Source of the DNA: an uncultured Nitrososphaerales archaeon
GTDB lineage: Archaea; Thermoproteota; Nitrososphaeria; Nitrososphaerales; Nitrosocaldaceae
NCBI GenBank assembly: GCA_938030895.1
Contig: CALHIV010000006.1
Location: 56,722-88,721 of the forward strand
Length of the DNA stretch: 32,000 bases
Direction: 5' to 3'
Below, one piece after another: positions 1 through 8,622 of the stretch (the stretch's first letter is position 1; the number at the start of each line of letters is the position of its first letter). The position numbers were made by a program, and so were the translations under genes. Below the pieces are notes generated by a model that ran no database searches, was not told the DNA's origin, and saw only the letters and a program-made list of their open reading frames with translations.

Positions 1-194
1 TCAAGGAACCTTATCCCATGCTCCTTATCCCACCAATCATTGCCAGATTGTATGTAACCCCTTGCCACTGCCAACTCCTTCAGTATATCCCCTCCAGAGT
101 AGTAGCGTAGGTTGAACCTATCTGCTATCGCCTTTGCTACTGTGGTCTTACCAACTGCAGGTAGACCTGATATTACTATGGATAGCTTATCCAT
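1..194 (-). CDS. cmk: Archaeal cytidylate kinase, partial (C-terminus beyond window edge); not in the supplied ORF track
   Basis: Reverse complement from 194 reads MDKLSIVISGLPAVGKTTVAKAIADRFNLRYYSGGDILKELAVARGYIQSGNDWWDKEHGIRFLE. P-loop GLPAVGKTT and SGGD motif; follows adk-DUF106 as in archaeal operons. Confidence 0.85.
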   Translation of the reverse strand, partial: MDKLSIVISGLPAVGKTTVAKAIADRFNLRYYSGGDILKELAVARGYIQSGNDWWDKEHGIRFL

Positions 195-358
195 ACCTTG
201 AACTGATAATTGAGCAATATCTAATTTACTCTATCTACTCCTCTTCTCTCCTCTCCTCTTCTGTATTGTATTGTTTTGTTTTATATTGTTTTGTTTTATA
301 TTGCACTGTATCGTTATTGTTATCGTTATTGTATTTCGCCCCATCATATCATCTCATA

Positions 359-1183
359 TTAGTTTATGCTCATCTCAGTCCTAGTTATCTTCATGACTAT
401 ACCAGAGAATGCTATGGATGCTATTGCATACCATGCCCAGAGCAGTACCTCATTCTCTGCTGTACATGATGGTACCCTCTCCTGAACCTTGCTCTCAACG
501 TTTGCATTAACTATGCTGTACGCTGCAAGTATCCTATCTCTAGCAGGGATATACTGCCCTATCTCAACCAACTCTCTAGCCTCCCTTGCAAGTGAGGTTA
601 CCTGATCCCTTGCTATAGAGTTCTGTAAACCTTCAGCATGCTTGATGAGCTCTTCTGTTATACTGTTCACATCCTTGACTATCATACTCTTTGTACATGT
701 TATTGGGAGTAGATCGCCAACTATGTTAAGCGAGATTGGAGATATGGCAACTGTATGTCCAAATACCTGAGGGAGAACAGCCCACCATATTATTAGCATG
801 GGTATCATGAAGACTATCATCGGTCTAAAGTTCATCTGCATAACCTCCATGTTGAGTCTGTTCATGTAATCCTGCTTGCCTCTTAGCCTCTCTATTCTCT
901 CCTTATCCTGCTTCCTCATAGCATCCATGTACTCCCTCCTCCAATCATTGATCTCCTTCATTATCCTCCTCAACTTCTGCATATCGGTCATCTTGAGTCT
1001 GAGCAGTGCATAGAAGAACTGCAACGCAACTGCTACTATACTTACCAGAATAGAGGCACTCATCATGTTAGTTATATATGGGTGGGCTGAGGCTGGGGGT
1101 GCAAGCTGCAATGGTAGAATACTAGGTAGTGAGGATAGATATTGTGTAAAGAGCAATGCTATGAGCCCCTCCATGCCAATCAT
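359..1183 (-). CDS. DUF106/EMC3-TMCO1-like integral membrane protein (YidC/Oxa1 superfamily)
   Basis: 274 aa with several TM segments, MTDMQKLRRIMKEINDWRREYMDAMRKQDKE and position between adk and cmk. Confidence 0.75.
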   Translation of the reverse strand: MIGMEGLIALLFTQYLSSLPSILPLQLAPPASAHPYITNMMSASILVSIVAVALQFFYALLRLKMTDMQKLRRIMKEINDWRREYMDAMRKQDKERIERLRGKQDYMNRLNMEVMQMNFRPMIVFMIPMLIIWWAVLPQVFGHTVAISPISLNIVGDLLPITCTKSMIVKDVNSITEELIKHAEGLQNSIARDQVTSLAREARELVEIGQYIPARDRILAAYSIVNANVESKVQERVPSCTAENEVLLWAWYAIASIAFSGIVMKITRTEMSIN

Positions 1184-1196
1184 AACATCACCTCAT

Positions 1197-1811
1197 CTAA
1201 TCTCTCCTATCAACAAGAAGACTCACCAACTCATGTGATGCCTCATCTACCTTGCCTTCTCTATTCATGACTATGGCGAATGGTGCTCCAGTGAGTATTG
1301 AGCATGCAGCAAGCATTATCCTTGCTATCTCTAACTCATGTGCTATCTCATCCTCATCCACAAGATCCCTCTGCCTACTCTTATCATTCATCCTCCTACC
1401 AAGTATCTCTCTAGGCTCTGCTGCAACCAGGATAAGGTTTGTTGGCTTGAGTAGGTTGAGTAGGTGCAATGGTAGGCCAGGGTAGTAGCCCTCCTTCGTG
1501 CTTATGAATAGATGGGTATCTATTATGATCACATCATCCTTCATATCTGCTATCTTCACTGCAGCATTCTCCTGCAACCTCCTCTGCTCCTCAACACCAA
1601 GCCTACGCATCTCATCCCTATGCTTTACACCCATTCTCATAGCCTCCTCGAACATCACGGTACCAAATACAACAAGCCTAGTATTCAAACCTTGCATATT
1701 AAGCATCTCTACAGCCCTAGTTATCACCGTAGTCTTGCCTACTCCTGGTATCCCTACCACTATTGCACGCTTCCTCTTACTTGCTATCTTACTTCCTTCC
1801 AAGGAGCGCAC
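1197..1811 (-). CDS. adkA: Archaeal-type adenylate kinase
   Basis: KRAIVVGIPGVGKTTVITRAVEML P-loop; downstream of secY. Confidence 0.9.
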   Translation of the reverse strand: MRSLEGSKIASKRKRAIVVGIPGVGKTTVITRAVEMLNMQGLNTRLVVFGTVMFEEAMRMGVKHRDEMRRLGVEEQRRLQENAAVKIADMKDDVIIIDTHLFISTKEGYYPGLPLHLLNLLKPTNLILVAAEPREILGRRMNDKSRQRDLVDEDEIAHELEIARIMLAACSILTGAPFAIVMNREGKVDEASHELVSLLVDRRD

Positions 1812-3213
1812 TCAACCTTGGCATGTAAACATCTATCTGCTCCCTCAGCAGTAGGTTGTAGTAGTTGATCAGTATATCAACCATCAAGAGCAGTCCTGTA
1901 CCAGTACCGAATGCACCCAGCACATCACTACCTCCAGCAAGGAAGCCCAAGAATAGAGAACTCATGAGCGTTACAGATGGTATATAGCGCTTTAAGAGCA
2001 TCTCTATAGATGACTCTACTCTTCTGAACCCTGGAACCTGTACATCTGCATCTATGAGGCTGCTTGCTGCTGCCTTTGGTGATAAACCTCCCAACTCTAT
2101 CCATAGTCTACCGAAGAGCACAACTATACCTGTGAGTATGAGCACGTAAGCAACAGCATGTAGAGGCTCTGTCATTGCGGTCTCTATACCCCTTGTTGGG
2201 ATGAGGAACTTCACTATCCCTCCTATTGGTATGCTGGGATTCTGTGGATCGAACATGGCTATCCAGTTGAACTCCTCTCTGTTATTCAATGGGTTATAGT
2301 TTGCCCAGAAGAGCTGTGACATGAATACAAGGTTAGCAATAAGTGCAGAAGCGAGTATAACTGGAACATTGGATACATACATGAACTTTATTGGATATGA
2401 AGCTGAGAACCCTCTAAACCTGCTGGAGACTATAGGTACCTCTATCTTCATACCCTGTGTGAAGAGGAGGAGTGCTATTATCGCTATGGTCACTAGTAGA
2501 CCTATGATATTTGGTAACTGCCCAAACCTTAACAATGCATACATGATATCAAAGTTACCACTAGAAGCCATCTGTATTAGCATTGGGAATATACCAAACG
2601 GTAGCCCATCCTGTGCAGTTACAGGGCTGAACATATGCCAGAGCACGCTCTGTGCTACCCCAGCCATTATGAATAGGCTTATCCCACTCCCTAGACCCCA
2701 GCCCTTCTGTACCATCTCATCAAGGAACATAACGATCAGGCTTGCACCTATCAACTGCCCTATTATTATCATTGTAACATCTTGAGGCATCTTGTATACC
2801 ATGGAACCATATATTGCTCCTTCAATCACTATCACAATTATGGTAACCAACTTGGTGGCAGAGGTGAATAATGCTCTATCCTCAGGGTTCTTAAAGTCCA
2901 ACTTGAATATCTCTGCGCCTTTGAGTAACTGCATCAGTAGTCCAGCAGTGACTATTGGTCCTATACCAAGTTCTATTAGGGTACCTTGCTGTGATGCAAA
3001 TATGACCCTGAAAGCAGCAAATGGGTCGAATGGGCTGGTTGGTGCACCATAGAGAGGTACCTGCCCCATAGCAAGATAAACGAGTAATGCAAACCCACTC
3101 CATACGAACTTCTGGGTGAGCGTCAGTTTCTTCTTTGGCTTTGGTATCTGGGGTAGGTATACTGAGGCCTTATCAACTATGCTTCTGAAGCTTATACCAG
3201 TAGGCTTCAGCAT
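1789..3213 (-). CDS. secY: Preprotein translocase subunit SecY
   Basis: 474 aa, multiple TM helices, GWGLGSGISLFIMAGV motif, operon context. Confidence 0.97.
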   Translation of the reverse strand: MLKPTGISFRSIVDKASVYLPQIPKPKKKLTLTQKFVWSGFALLVYLAMGQVPLYGAPTSPFDPFAAFRVIFASQQGTLIELGIGPIVTAGLLMQLLKGAEIFKLDFKNPEDRALFTSATKLVTIIVIVIEGAIYGSMVYKMPQDVTMIIIGQLIGASLIVMFLDEMVQKGWGLGSGISLFIMAGVAQSVLWHMFSPVTAQDGLPFGIFPMLIQMASSGNFDIMYALLRFGQLPNIIGLLVTIAIIALLLFTQGMKIEVPIVSSRFRGFSASYPIKFMYVSNVPVILASALIANLVFMSQLFWANYNPLNNREEFNWIAMFDPQNPSIPIGGIVKFLIPTRGIETAMTEPLHAVAYVLILTGIVVLFGRLWIELGGLSPKAAASSLIDADVQVPGFRRVESSIEMLLKRYIPSVTLMSSLFLGFLAGGSDVLGAFGTGTGLLLMVDILINYYNLLLREQIDVYMPRLSALLGRK

Positions 3214-3629
3214 AGTATTATCTCACCACCAACGCTCGTAACCTTTGACTTTGCAGAGTCTGTACATGCCTTAACTATAACAGTGTAAACACCCTTTACA
3301 CCACCAGAACCCAGTAACTTATCATAACCCAATGAGTTGAGATCTATAACCTTCTTACCATTATTATCATCAACCTTACCATACTTGAGGAAGAGATCGT
3401 CTAGGTTACCAACATTAACCCAACGCTTTACGATCTTACTGGTTGGGTTATGGAATCCATGCTTACCGAAGTACTTACCCTCCATAAGCACAGCTTGAGT
3501 CCATTTGTGCTTGTGTAGACCAACCTTCCTGTAGCCCTTCTTCCCTGTATCTCTATGCTGGCCTATCTGACCCCATCCATGGGTCCTTGAGCCTCTCAGC
3601 CTCCTAACCTTTCTGAACCTAGTTGCCAT
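3207..3629 (-). CDS. rpl15: Ribosomal protein uL15 (L15)
   Basis: RKVRRLRGSRTHGWGQIGQHRDTGKKGYRKVGLHKHKW; next to secY. Confidence 0.95.
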   Translation of the reverse strand: MATRFRKVRRLRGSRTHGWGQIGQHRDTGKKGYRKVGLHKHKWTQAVLMEGKYFGKHGFHNPTSKIVKRWVNVGNLDDLFLKYGKVDDNNGKKVIDLNSLGYDKLLGSGGVKGVYTVIVKACTDSAKSKVTSVGGEIILC

Positions 3630-3829
3630 ACATTACCAGATGAGGAGGCCTTAATTAAGCCTTGCTATATAACATCATGCATATATTGATCAGTATGTAT
3701 ATGTATATAACTACGTTTATTGGTATTATTGATTAGATTAATCATCCATGCAAGATAGAATGAGGAGAATAGTACAAGTAATGTTAGAGTAGAATATAAG
3801 CAACACAGATTGGTTGCTGATCTAGACTT

Positions 3830-4300
3830 TTAGATCATTCTATTAGCAAGTTGCAGTAACTCCTCGTTCTCTCCTAGTATACCACCATCACTGTGCATAT
3901 GCTTACTGCTCCTCTTGAATCCTCCTTTTGGAGGGGCTAGCGCAAACCAAGGTCTCATGCCCTTAAGCCTTGACAACACCGTGTTATCATTTGCGAGTGC
4001 CTCTGCAAGATCATCTATGCTTGAGAATCCAATATTATTTATATCTTCATGCTTGTATTTACCTCTCTTCTCCAACAACACCTTTATGAACCCTGCATCG
4101 ACTTTGCACCATGCTACATAATCCTTAACCGTCCTAAGCATCCCTATATAAGGCTCTCGCTCAGGCACTATCGTTGCATTGAACCTCCTCCTTAGGTTGA
4201 GGAGTGCTAACGTATGCCTTGCCCAGTGTGGTACGTTTATCGTGCCTCTTAGTCTTATAACGAGGTAAGCCATATCTATAGTACACCCCTTTTCTCCCAT
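3830..4300 (-). CDS. rpl30: Ribosomal protein uL30 (L30)
   Basis: MAYLVIRLRGTINVPHWARHTLALLNLRRRFNATIVPE; between S5 and L15. Confidence 0.93.
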   Translation of the reverse strand: MGEKGCTIDMAYLVIRLRGTINVPHWARHTLALLNLRRRFNATIVPEREPYIGMLRTVKDYVAWCKVDAGFIKVLLEKRGKYKHEDINNIGFSSIDDLAEALANDNTVLSRLKGMRPWFALAPPKGGFKRSSKHMHSDGGILGENEELLQLANRMI

Positions 4301-4303
4301 ACA

Positions 4304-4960
4304 TCAACCTATGCTGTATGTATTCCTTAACGCATTATATACTGCTAGAGCAGTGGAAGACATTGTATTTGTTGAGCCGAAGGTTCTAGTCCATGCATCC
4401 ATTATCCCTGCAAGTCTTAGCATCGTTGTTATATTTGCCCCTGCTACAAGTCCAAGCCCTCTAGGCCCAGGAATGATCTCTATCTTGACGCTCCCTCCCT
4501 TGCCTACCACCTTGAATGGCACTGAGTGCTGTATAGTGCATCTACACTCCCAACTCCCACATCCAAGTTTTACCGGTATTATATTGAGCATAGCATCTCT
4601 CGTTGCCTTATCTATTGCAAGCCTCATCTGTGATGCCTTACCTCTCCCTATACCAAACCAGCCATCTCCATTCCCGCATGCAACTATCGCGCTGAACCTT
4701 GTGAGTTCACCAGCATCTGTCTGCTTCTGTACAACACCAACATGCACAACCTCGCTCTTCAGATCTGGTAGAAGTATCTTCACGATCTCTGGCTCTCTCA
4801 GCCTGTAACCCTGCTCGAATACCTGCTCTAGAGAAGTTATCTGCTTGTTCGCTACATAGACTCCCAGTTTTGTTCTAGGTATCCAACCTTCTAAACCCTC
4901 GCCCTCTCTCTCCCTCTCAGATCCTATATACCTACTGCCTGTGCTCATATCAATCACCAA
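4304..4960 (-). CDS. rps5: Ribosomal protein uS5 (S5)
   Basis: RFSAIVACGNGDGWFGIGRGKASQMRLAIDKATRDAMLNIIPVKLGCGSWEC. Confidence 0.96.
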   Translation of the reverse strand: MVIDMSTGSRYIGSEREREGEGLEGWIPRTKLGVYVANKQITSLEQVFEQGYRLREPEIVKILLPDLKSEVVHVGVVQKQTDAGELTRFSAIVACGNGDGWFGIGRGKASQMRLAIDKATRDAMLNIIPVKLGCGSWECRCTIQHSVPFKVVGKGGSVKIEIIPGPRGLGLVAGANITTMLRLAGIMDAWTRTFGSTNTMSSTALAVYNALRNTYSIG

Positions 4961-5525
4961 AGTGCTTCATTATATTATCCTTAACCTCGTTGAAGTGCTT
5001 AACACAATCCTCTGGTCTCAAACCTCTAGCAAGTATGGCTGAGAACCTCTTGGAGTAGAGTTCCTCATCCTCCTCCTTGAGCATCTTTGCATACTCTGCT
5101 ATATGCTCCCCAACTATCCTACCATCATCTGGTAGGGCATCGTCTCCTACTGGAATATTCAAGCCTGCATCTCTAAGCCCTTTTGTACAGGCCCCTATTC
5201 TAGGGGAGAAGCCTCTCACACCTACATACACTATGCAACCATCTACACCATTTGCTTTAGCCTTCTTCCCAGCTAGAAGGCCCGTAAGGTAGCATGCTGG
5301 AAGGCACCTCCTCGAACCCTTCCAACCATACTTGAGCAACTCTCTGCTATGTGCAGATGCTAACACCACATCGCCCTTAATGGATGCTTTGCTTATCTGA
5401 ACCATGATATTCTCATCACTAACCCTTATGGTTGCAAATACATGTTTGCCTAGCAGTATCGCCTTCCTCTTCCTGTAGTCTGTTCTACCCTCCCTTATGC
5501 GTTTGAGCGTCTGTATGTAACCCAA
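4950..5525 (-). CDS. rpl18: Ribosomal protein uL18 (L18)
   Basis: RREGRTDYRKRKAILLGK-like N-terminus and SSRRCLPACYLTGLLAGKKA-like core; overlaps rps5. Confidence 0.93.
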   Translation of the reverse strand: MGYIQTLKRIREGRTDYRKRKAILLGKHVFATIRVSDENIMVQISKASIKGDVVLASAHSRELLKYGWKGSRRCLPACYLTGLLAGKKAKANGVDGCIVYVGVRGFSPRIGACTKGLRDAGLNIPVGDDALPDDGRIVGEHIAEYAKMLKEEDEELYSKRFSAILARGLRPEDCVKHFNEVKDNIMKHFGD

Positions 5526-5781
5526 CCCGTGCTAACATATATCTAAGCACTTATAAATCTTCACAATCTGCTCATCATATAAGGAGGGTAGAACTCAACT
5601 CTATCCTAGGCATTCTCCCTTACCTGCATATATCCTCAGATTGGTTGATGCCTTATCTTATACTGTAACCACCAGACTACCCCAATCTAATAGACTCGTT
5701 CTCTACTATGCAGAATGCTAACACCGCTACTCACTCGATCTAAAAGGGAGCAAGGTATTAGATGTGTATATGCTAAGAAGC

Positions 5782-5875
5782 ATATGGTGCTATGCTATGC
5801 TATGCTATACATCTGAGCTCCTTACAATTTTATCCTTCTTGAGTCTACATATGGTGCTATGCTATGCTATACATG
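5782..5875. repeat. Two copies of catatggtgctatgctatgctat(gctat)acat, each containing a GCTAT microsatellite
   Basis: Copy 1 at 5782-5813 and copy 2 at 5849-5875, identical except for one 5-nt GCTAT unit. Confidence 0.85.
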
Positions 5876-5988
5876 CCTGCATACCATCACACTATTCCCA
5901 TGTGTAGTTACCTTCGCTAACAAATTGATAGCAAGATGACTGTTGATAGCAATGGGTTAATTAATCGATACATATGATCAAATAATCG

Positions 5989-6330
5989 ATGGATGAGCGT
6001 ATGAAGAGGGTAGAAAGGATTGCATATGGAAAGGCTGTCAAGTTGCATGTATTCATGCCTAGCAGTAGGAGAGTATGGACGGTTGTAGGCCGTAAGCATG
6101 AGTACTGGGTTCACCCTCCTCACTTCTGCACATGTAAAGACTACTACTTTAGGGCAAGGGCAGTTGAAGGCAGTGAGGAGAAGGAGAAGGTCTCATGTTA
6201 CCATCTGAAGGCTGTTGCTATGGCAGAGGGCTCAGGCATGGTCGATGGAGTATACTTCCATGATGATGAGTACTATGGTTTCATAAGGGCGTTGATAAAG
6301 ATGATATATGGAGGGGTAACGAATAGTTAG
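5989..6330 (+). CDS. SWIM zinc-finger domain protein
   Basis: FCTCKDYYFRARAVEGSEEKEKVSCYHLKAV matches the CxCxnCxH SWIM pattern. Confidence 0.8.
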   Translation: MDERMKRVERIAYGKAVKLHVFMPSSRRVWTVVGRKHEYWVHPPHFCTCKDYYFRARAVEGSEEKEKVSCYHLKAVAMAEGSGMVDGVYFHDDEYYGFIRALIKMIYGGVTNS

Positions 6331-6360
6331 GCTTTTATCTTTCAGTGTGGGTGATAGGGC

Positions 6361-6828
6361 ATGAGTGAGAGGAGGGGTTTGAATATAGGTGATGCAGCCC
6401 CAGACTTCACCGCAGAATCTACGCTAGGGAGGATAACACTCAGCGACTACAAGGGTAAGAAGAGTATAGTACTCTACTTCTATGTCAAGGATATGACCCC
6501 AGGGTGCACAATACAATCTATAGGCATGAAGGATAGTATAGAGAGGATCAGGGCTCTAGGAGGAGAGGTTATAGGAGTAAGTAGCGATGACCTCGAGTCT
6601 CACAAGAGGTTCGCCTCAAAGTATGGACTCAACTTCCCGCTAGTTAGCGATGTAGATAACAGAATAAGCAAGATGTATGGTGTATTCAATGAGGAGAAGG
6701 GGAGAGCAAGGAGAGTAACCTTCATAATAGATAAGGATGGGATGATAAGGCATATAATGAACAGGGTGGATGTTAATGATCATGCCGGCGATGTTATAGA
6801 TATACTAGCCAAGATACAACGCCAGTAA
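6361..6828 (+). CDS. bcp: Peroxiredoxin, PrxQ/Bcp family, apparently 1-Cys
   Basis: GDAAPDFTAESTLGRITLSDYKGKKSIVLYFYVKDMTPGCT; only one Cys in the protein. Confidence 0.88.
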   Translation: MSERRGLNIGDAAPDFTAESTLGRITLSDYKGKKSIVLYFYVKDMTPGCTIQSIGMKDSIERIRALGGEVIGVSSDDLESHKRFASKYGLNFPLVSDVDNRISKMYGVFNEEKGRARRVTFIIDKDGMIRHIMNRVDVNDHAGDVIDILAKIQRQ

Positions 6829-6858
6829 ATAATGGTTATGTAGTAAATAATGGTTATG
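6823..6858 (+). repeat. 18-nt tandem duplication (c/tagtaaataatggttatg x2)
   Basis: Units 6823-6840 and 6841-6858 differ only at the first base; covers the bcp stop codon. Confidence 0.85.
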
Positions 6859-6900
6859 ATAGTAATATTATAATATTTATAGTTGAGATGGTTAAAGCAT

Positions 6901-8196
6901 ATGAACGTACTTGTGATAGGTTCTGGTGCAAGAGAGCATGCCCTAGGCTGGAAGGTCTCAAAGAGTAGCAGGGTTAAGAAGGTATTCTTTGCCCCTGGGA
7001 ATGGTGGTACACAACTTGCTGGTTATGAGAATATTAGGGTAGGTATAAGGGAGTATGATAAACTCCTCAGGTTTGCAAGTGAGCATAGATGCTTAACCAT
7101 TGTTGGACCTGAAGAGCCATTGGCAAATGGTATAGTGGATCTATTCAAGAGTAATGGACTAAGGATACTTGGCCCTAACAAGGATGCAGCAAGGTTAGAG
7201 GGTAGCAAGGTATGGACAAAGGAGTTCATGAAGAGGCATGGTATACCAACAGCAGAGTTTCATGTCTTTGATGATCCAGAGGCTGCAAAGGATCAGATAG
7301 CAAGGAGCAAGAGGGATGATTTGGTTGTAAAGGCTGATGGGCTTGCTGCTGGTAAGGGTGTAGTAGTATGCAATAGCAAGGAGGAGGCATATGCAGCAGT
7401 GGATAGGATGATGAAGGATAAGGTATTCGGTGCTGCTGGTAATAGGGTAGTCTTGGAGGAGAGGCTGTATGGGGATGAGGCATCGTTCATATGCATGAGT
7501 GATGGTAAGCATGTAATACCATTGGCAACAAGCCAAGATCACAAGAGGGCCTATGATAACGATGAGGGTCCAAACACAGGTGGTATGGGCGCATACTCAC
7601 CAAACCCTATGATAGATGGGAAGATGCACGAATGGATAATGCGTAACATAATGGAGAAGGCTATAGATGGATTGAGGCAAGAGGGGATAGAGTTCAAGGG
7701 CTTCCTATACGCTGGGCTCATGTTAGTTGATGGCAAGGCCTACGTTCTAGAGTTCAATGTCAGGCTTGGTGATCCAGAGGCACAGGTGATACTGCCAAGG
7801 TTAAAGTCGGATCTAATAGAGTATGTTGATCATTGCATAGATGGTTCGCTCGATGAGGCTGAGGATATGGTATGGGATGAGAAGGTAGCGGTATGCGTAG
7901 TATTAGCATCGAGAGGCTATCCAGATGCATATGAGAAGGGCAAGGTTATAACAGGGCTGGATAGGCTTGATGGTATCGATGATGTGCTGGTATTCCATGC
8001 TGGTACAAGAGTTACAGATGATGGTAATAGGTTAGTAACTGATGGAGGTAGGGTTCTGAGCGTTGTAGCATTGGGTAGCAACATGAATGATGCAATAGAG
8101 AGGGTATACGCTGTAATCCCTAACGTACATTGGGAAGGGATGCATTATAGAAGGGATATAGGGAGGAGGGCATTAAGGTATTTATTGAGTAAATGA
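6901..8196 (+). CDS. purD: Phosphoribosylamine--glycine ligase
   Basis: MNVLVIGSGAREHALGWK, GPEEPLANGIVD, ATP-grasp motifs. ORF track begins at TTG 6883; ATG 6901 matches the family start better. Confidence 0.96.
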   Translation: MNVLVIGSGAREHALGWKVSKSSRVKKVFFAPGNGGTQLAGYENIRVGIREYDKLLRFASEHRCLTIVGPEEPLANGIVDLFKSNGLRILGPNKDAARLEGSKVWTKEFMKRHGIPTAEFHVFDDPEAAKDQIARSKRDDLVVKADGLAAGKGVVVCNSKEEAYAAVDRMMKDKVFGAAGNRVVLEERLYGDEASFICMSDGKHVIPLATSQDHKRAYDNDEGPNTGGMGAYSPNPMIDGKMHEWIMRNIMEKAIDGLRQEGIEFKGFLYAGLMLVDGKAYVLEFNVRLGDPEAQVILPRLKSDLIEYVDHCIDGSLDEAEDMVWDEKVAVCVVLASRGYPDAYEKGKVITGLDRLDGIDDVLVFHAGTRVTDDGNRLVTDGGRVLSVVALGSNMNDAIERVYAVIPNVHWEGMHYRRDIGRRALRYLLSK

Positions 8197-8212
8197 CCCA
8201 CCTATATCATCA

Positions 8213-8542
8213 ATGCTTAACATAGGTGGAAGTGAATGGGTGATAATAATACTGCTATTCCTTATACTCATAGTAGGAAGTAAGCATCTTCCCACTCTAG
8301 GGAGGAGTATAGGTAGAGCGGTTGGGGAGTATGAGAGGGCAAGGGCAGGCGTAATGAGAGAACTGGAGAGGATCAATACAAGTTCTAATCTAGGGGGTAT
8401 GACCATGCCCATCAAGGGGCCTGTGGAGAGCGAGAGGGCAAAGTTGGAGGTTATAGCAAAGACACTGGGTATAGACCCAAATGGGCTGAGTGATGATGAG
8501 TTGAAGAGGTTGATACATAACAGGTTAAGTAGTATCATGTAA
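8213..8542 (+). CDS. tatA: TatA/Hcf106-like twin-arginine translocation subunit
   Basis: Short N-terminal TM followed by GSKHLPTLGRSIGRAVGEYERAR amphipathic helix. Confidence 0.75.
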   Translation: MLNIGGSEWVIIILLFLILIVGSKHLPTLGRSIGRAVGEYERARAGVMRELERINTSSNLGGMTMPIKGPVESERAKLEVIAKTLGIDPNGLSDDELKRLIHNRLSSIM

Positions 8543-8622
8543 GGGAGCATACATGCAACCATTATATTAGCCATTCACTCCCCATGTAAAACTTTATTTA
8601 TTAGCATCTTACACTTGCAAGT

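Noticed and set aside
134-469. 111-aa plus ORF
   Set aside because: Tyr/Leu/Cys-rich translation of low-complexity repeats, opposite the cmk and DUF106 genes.
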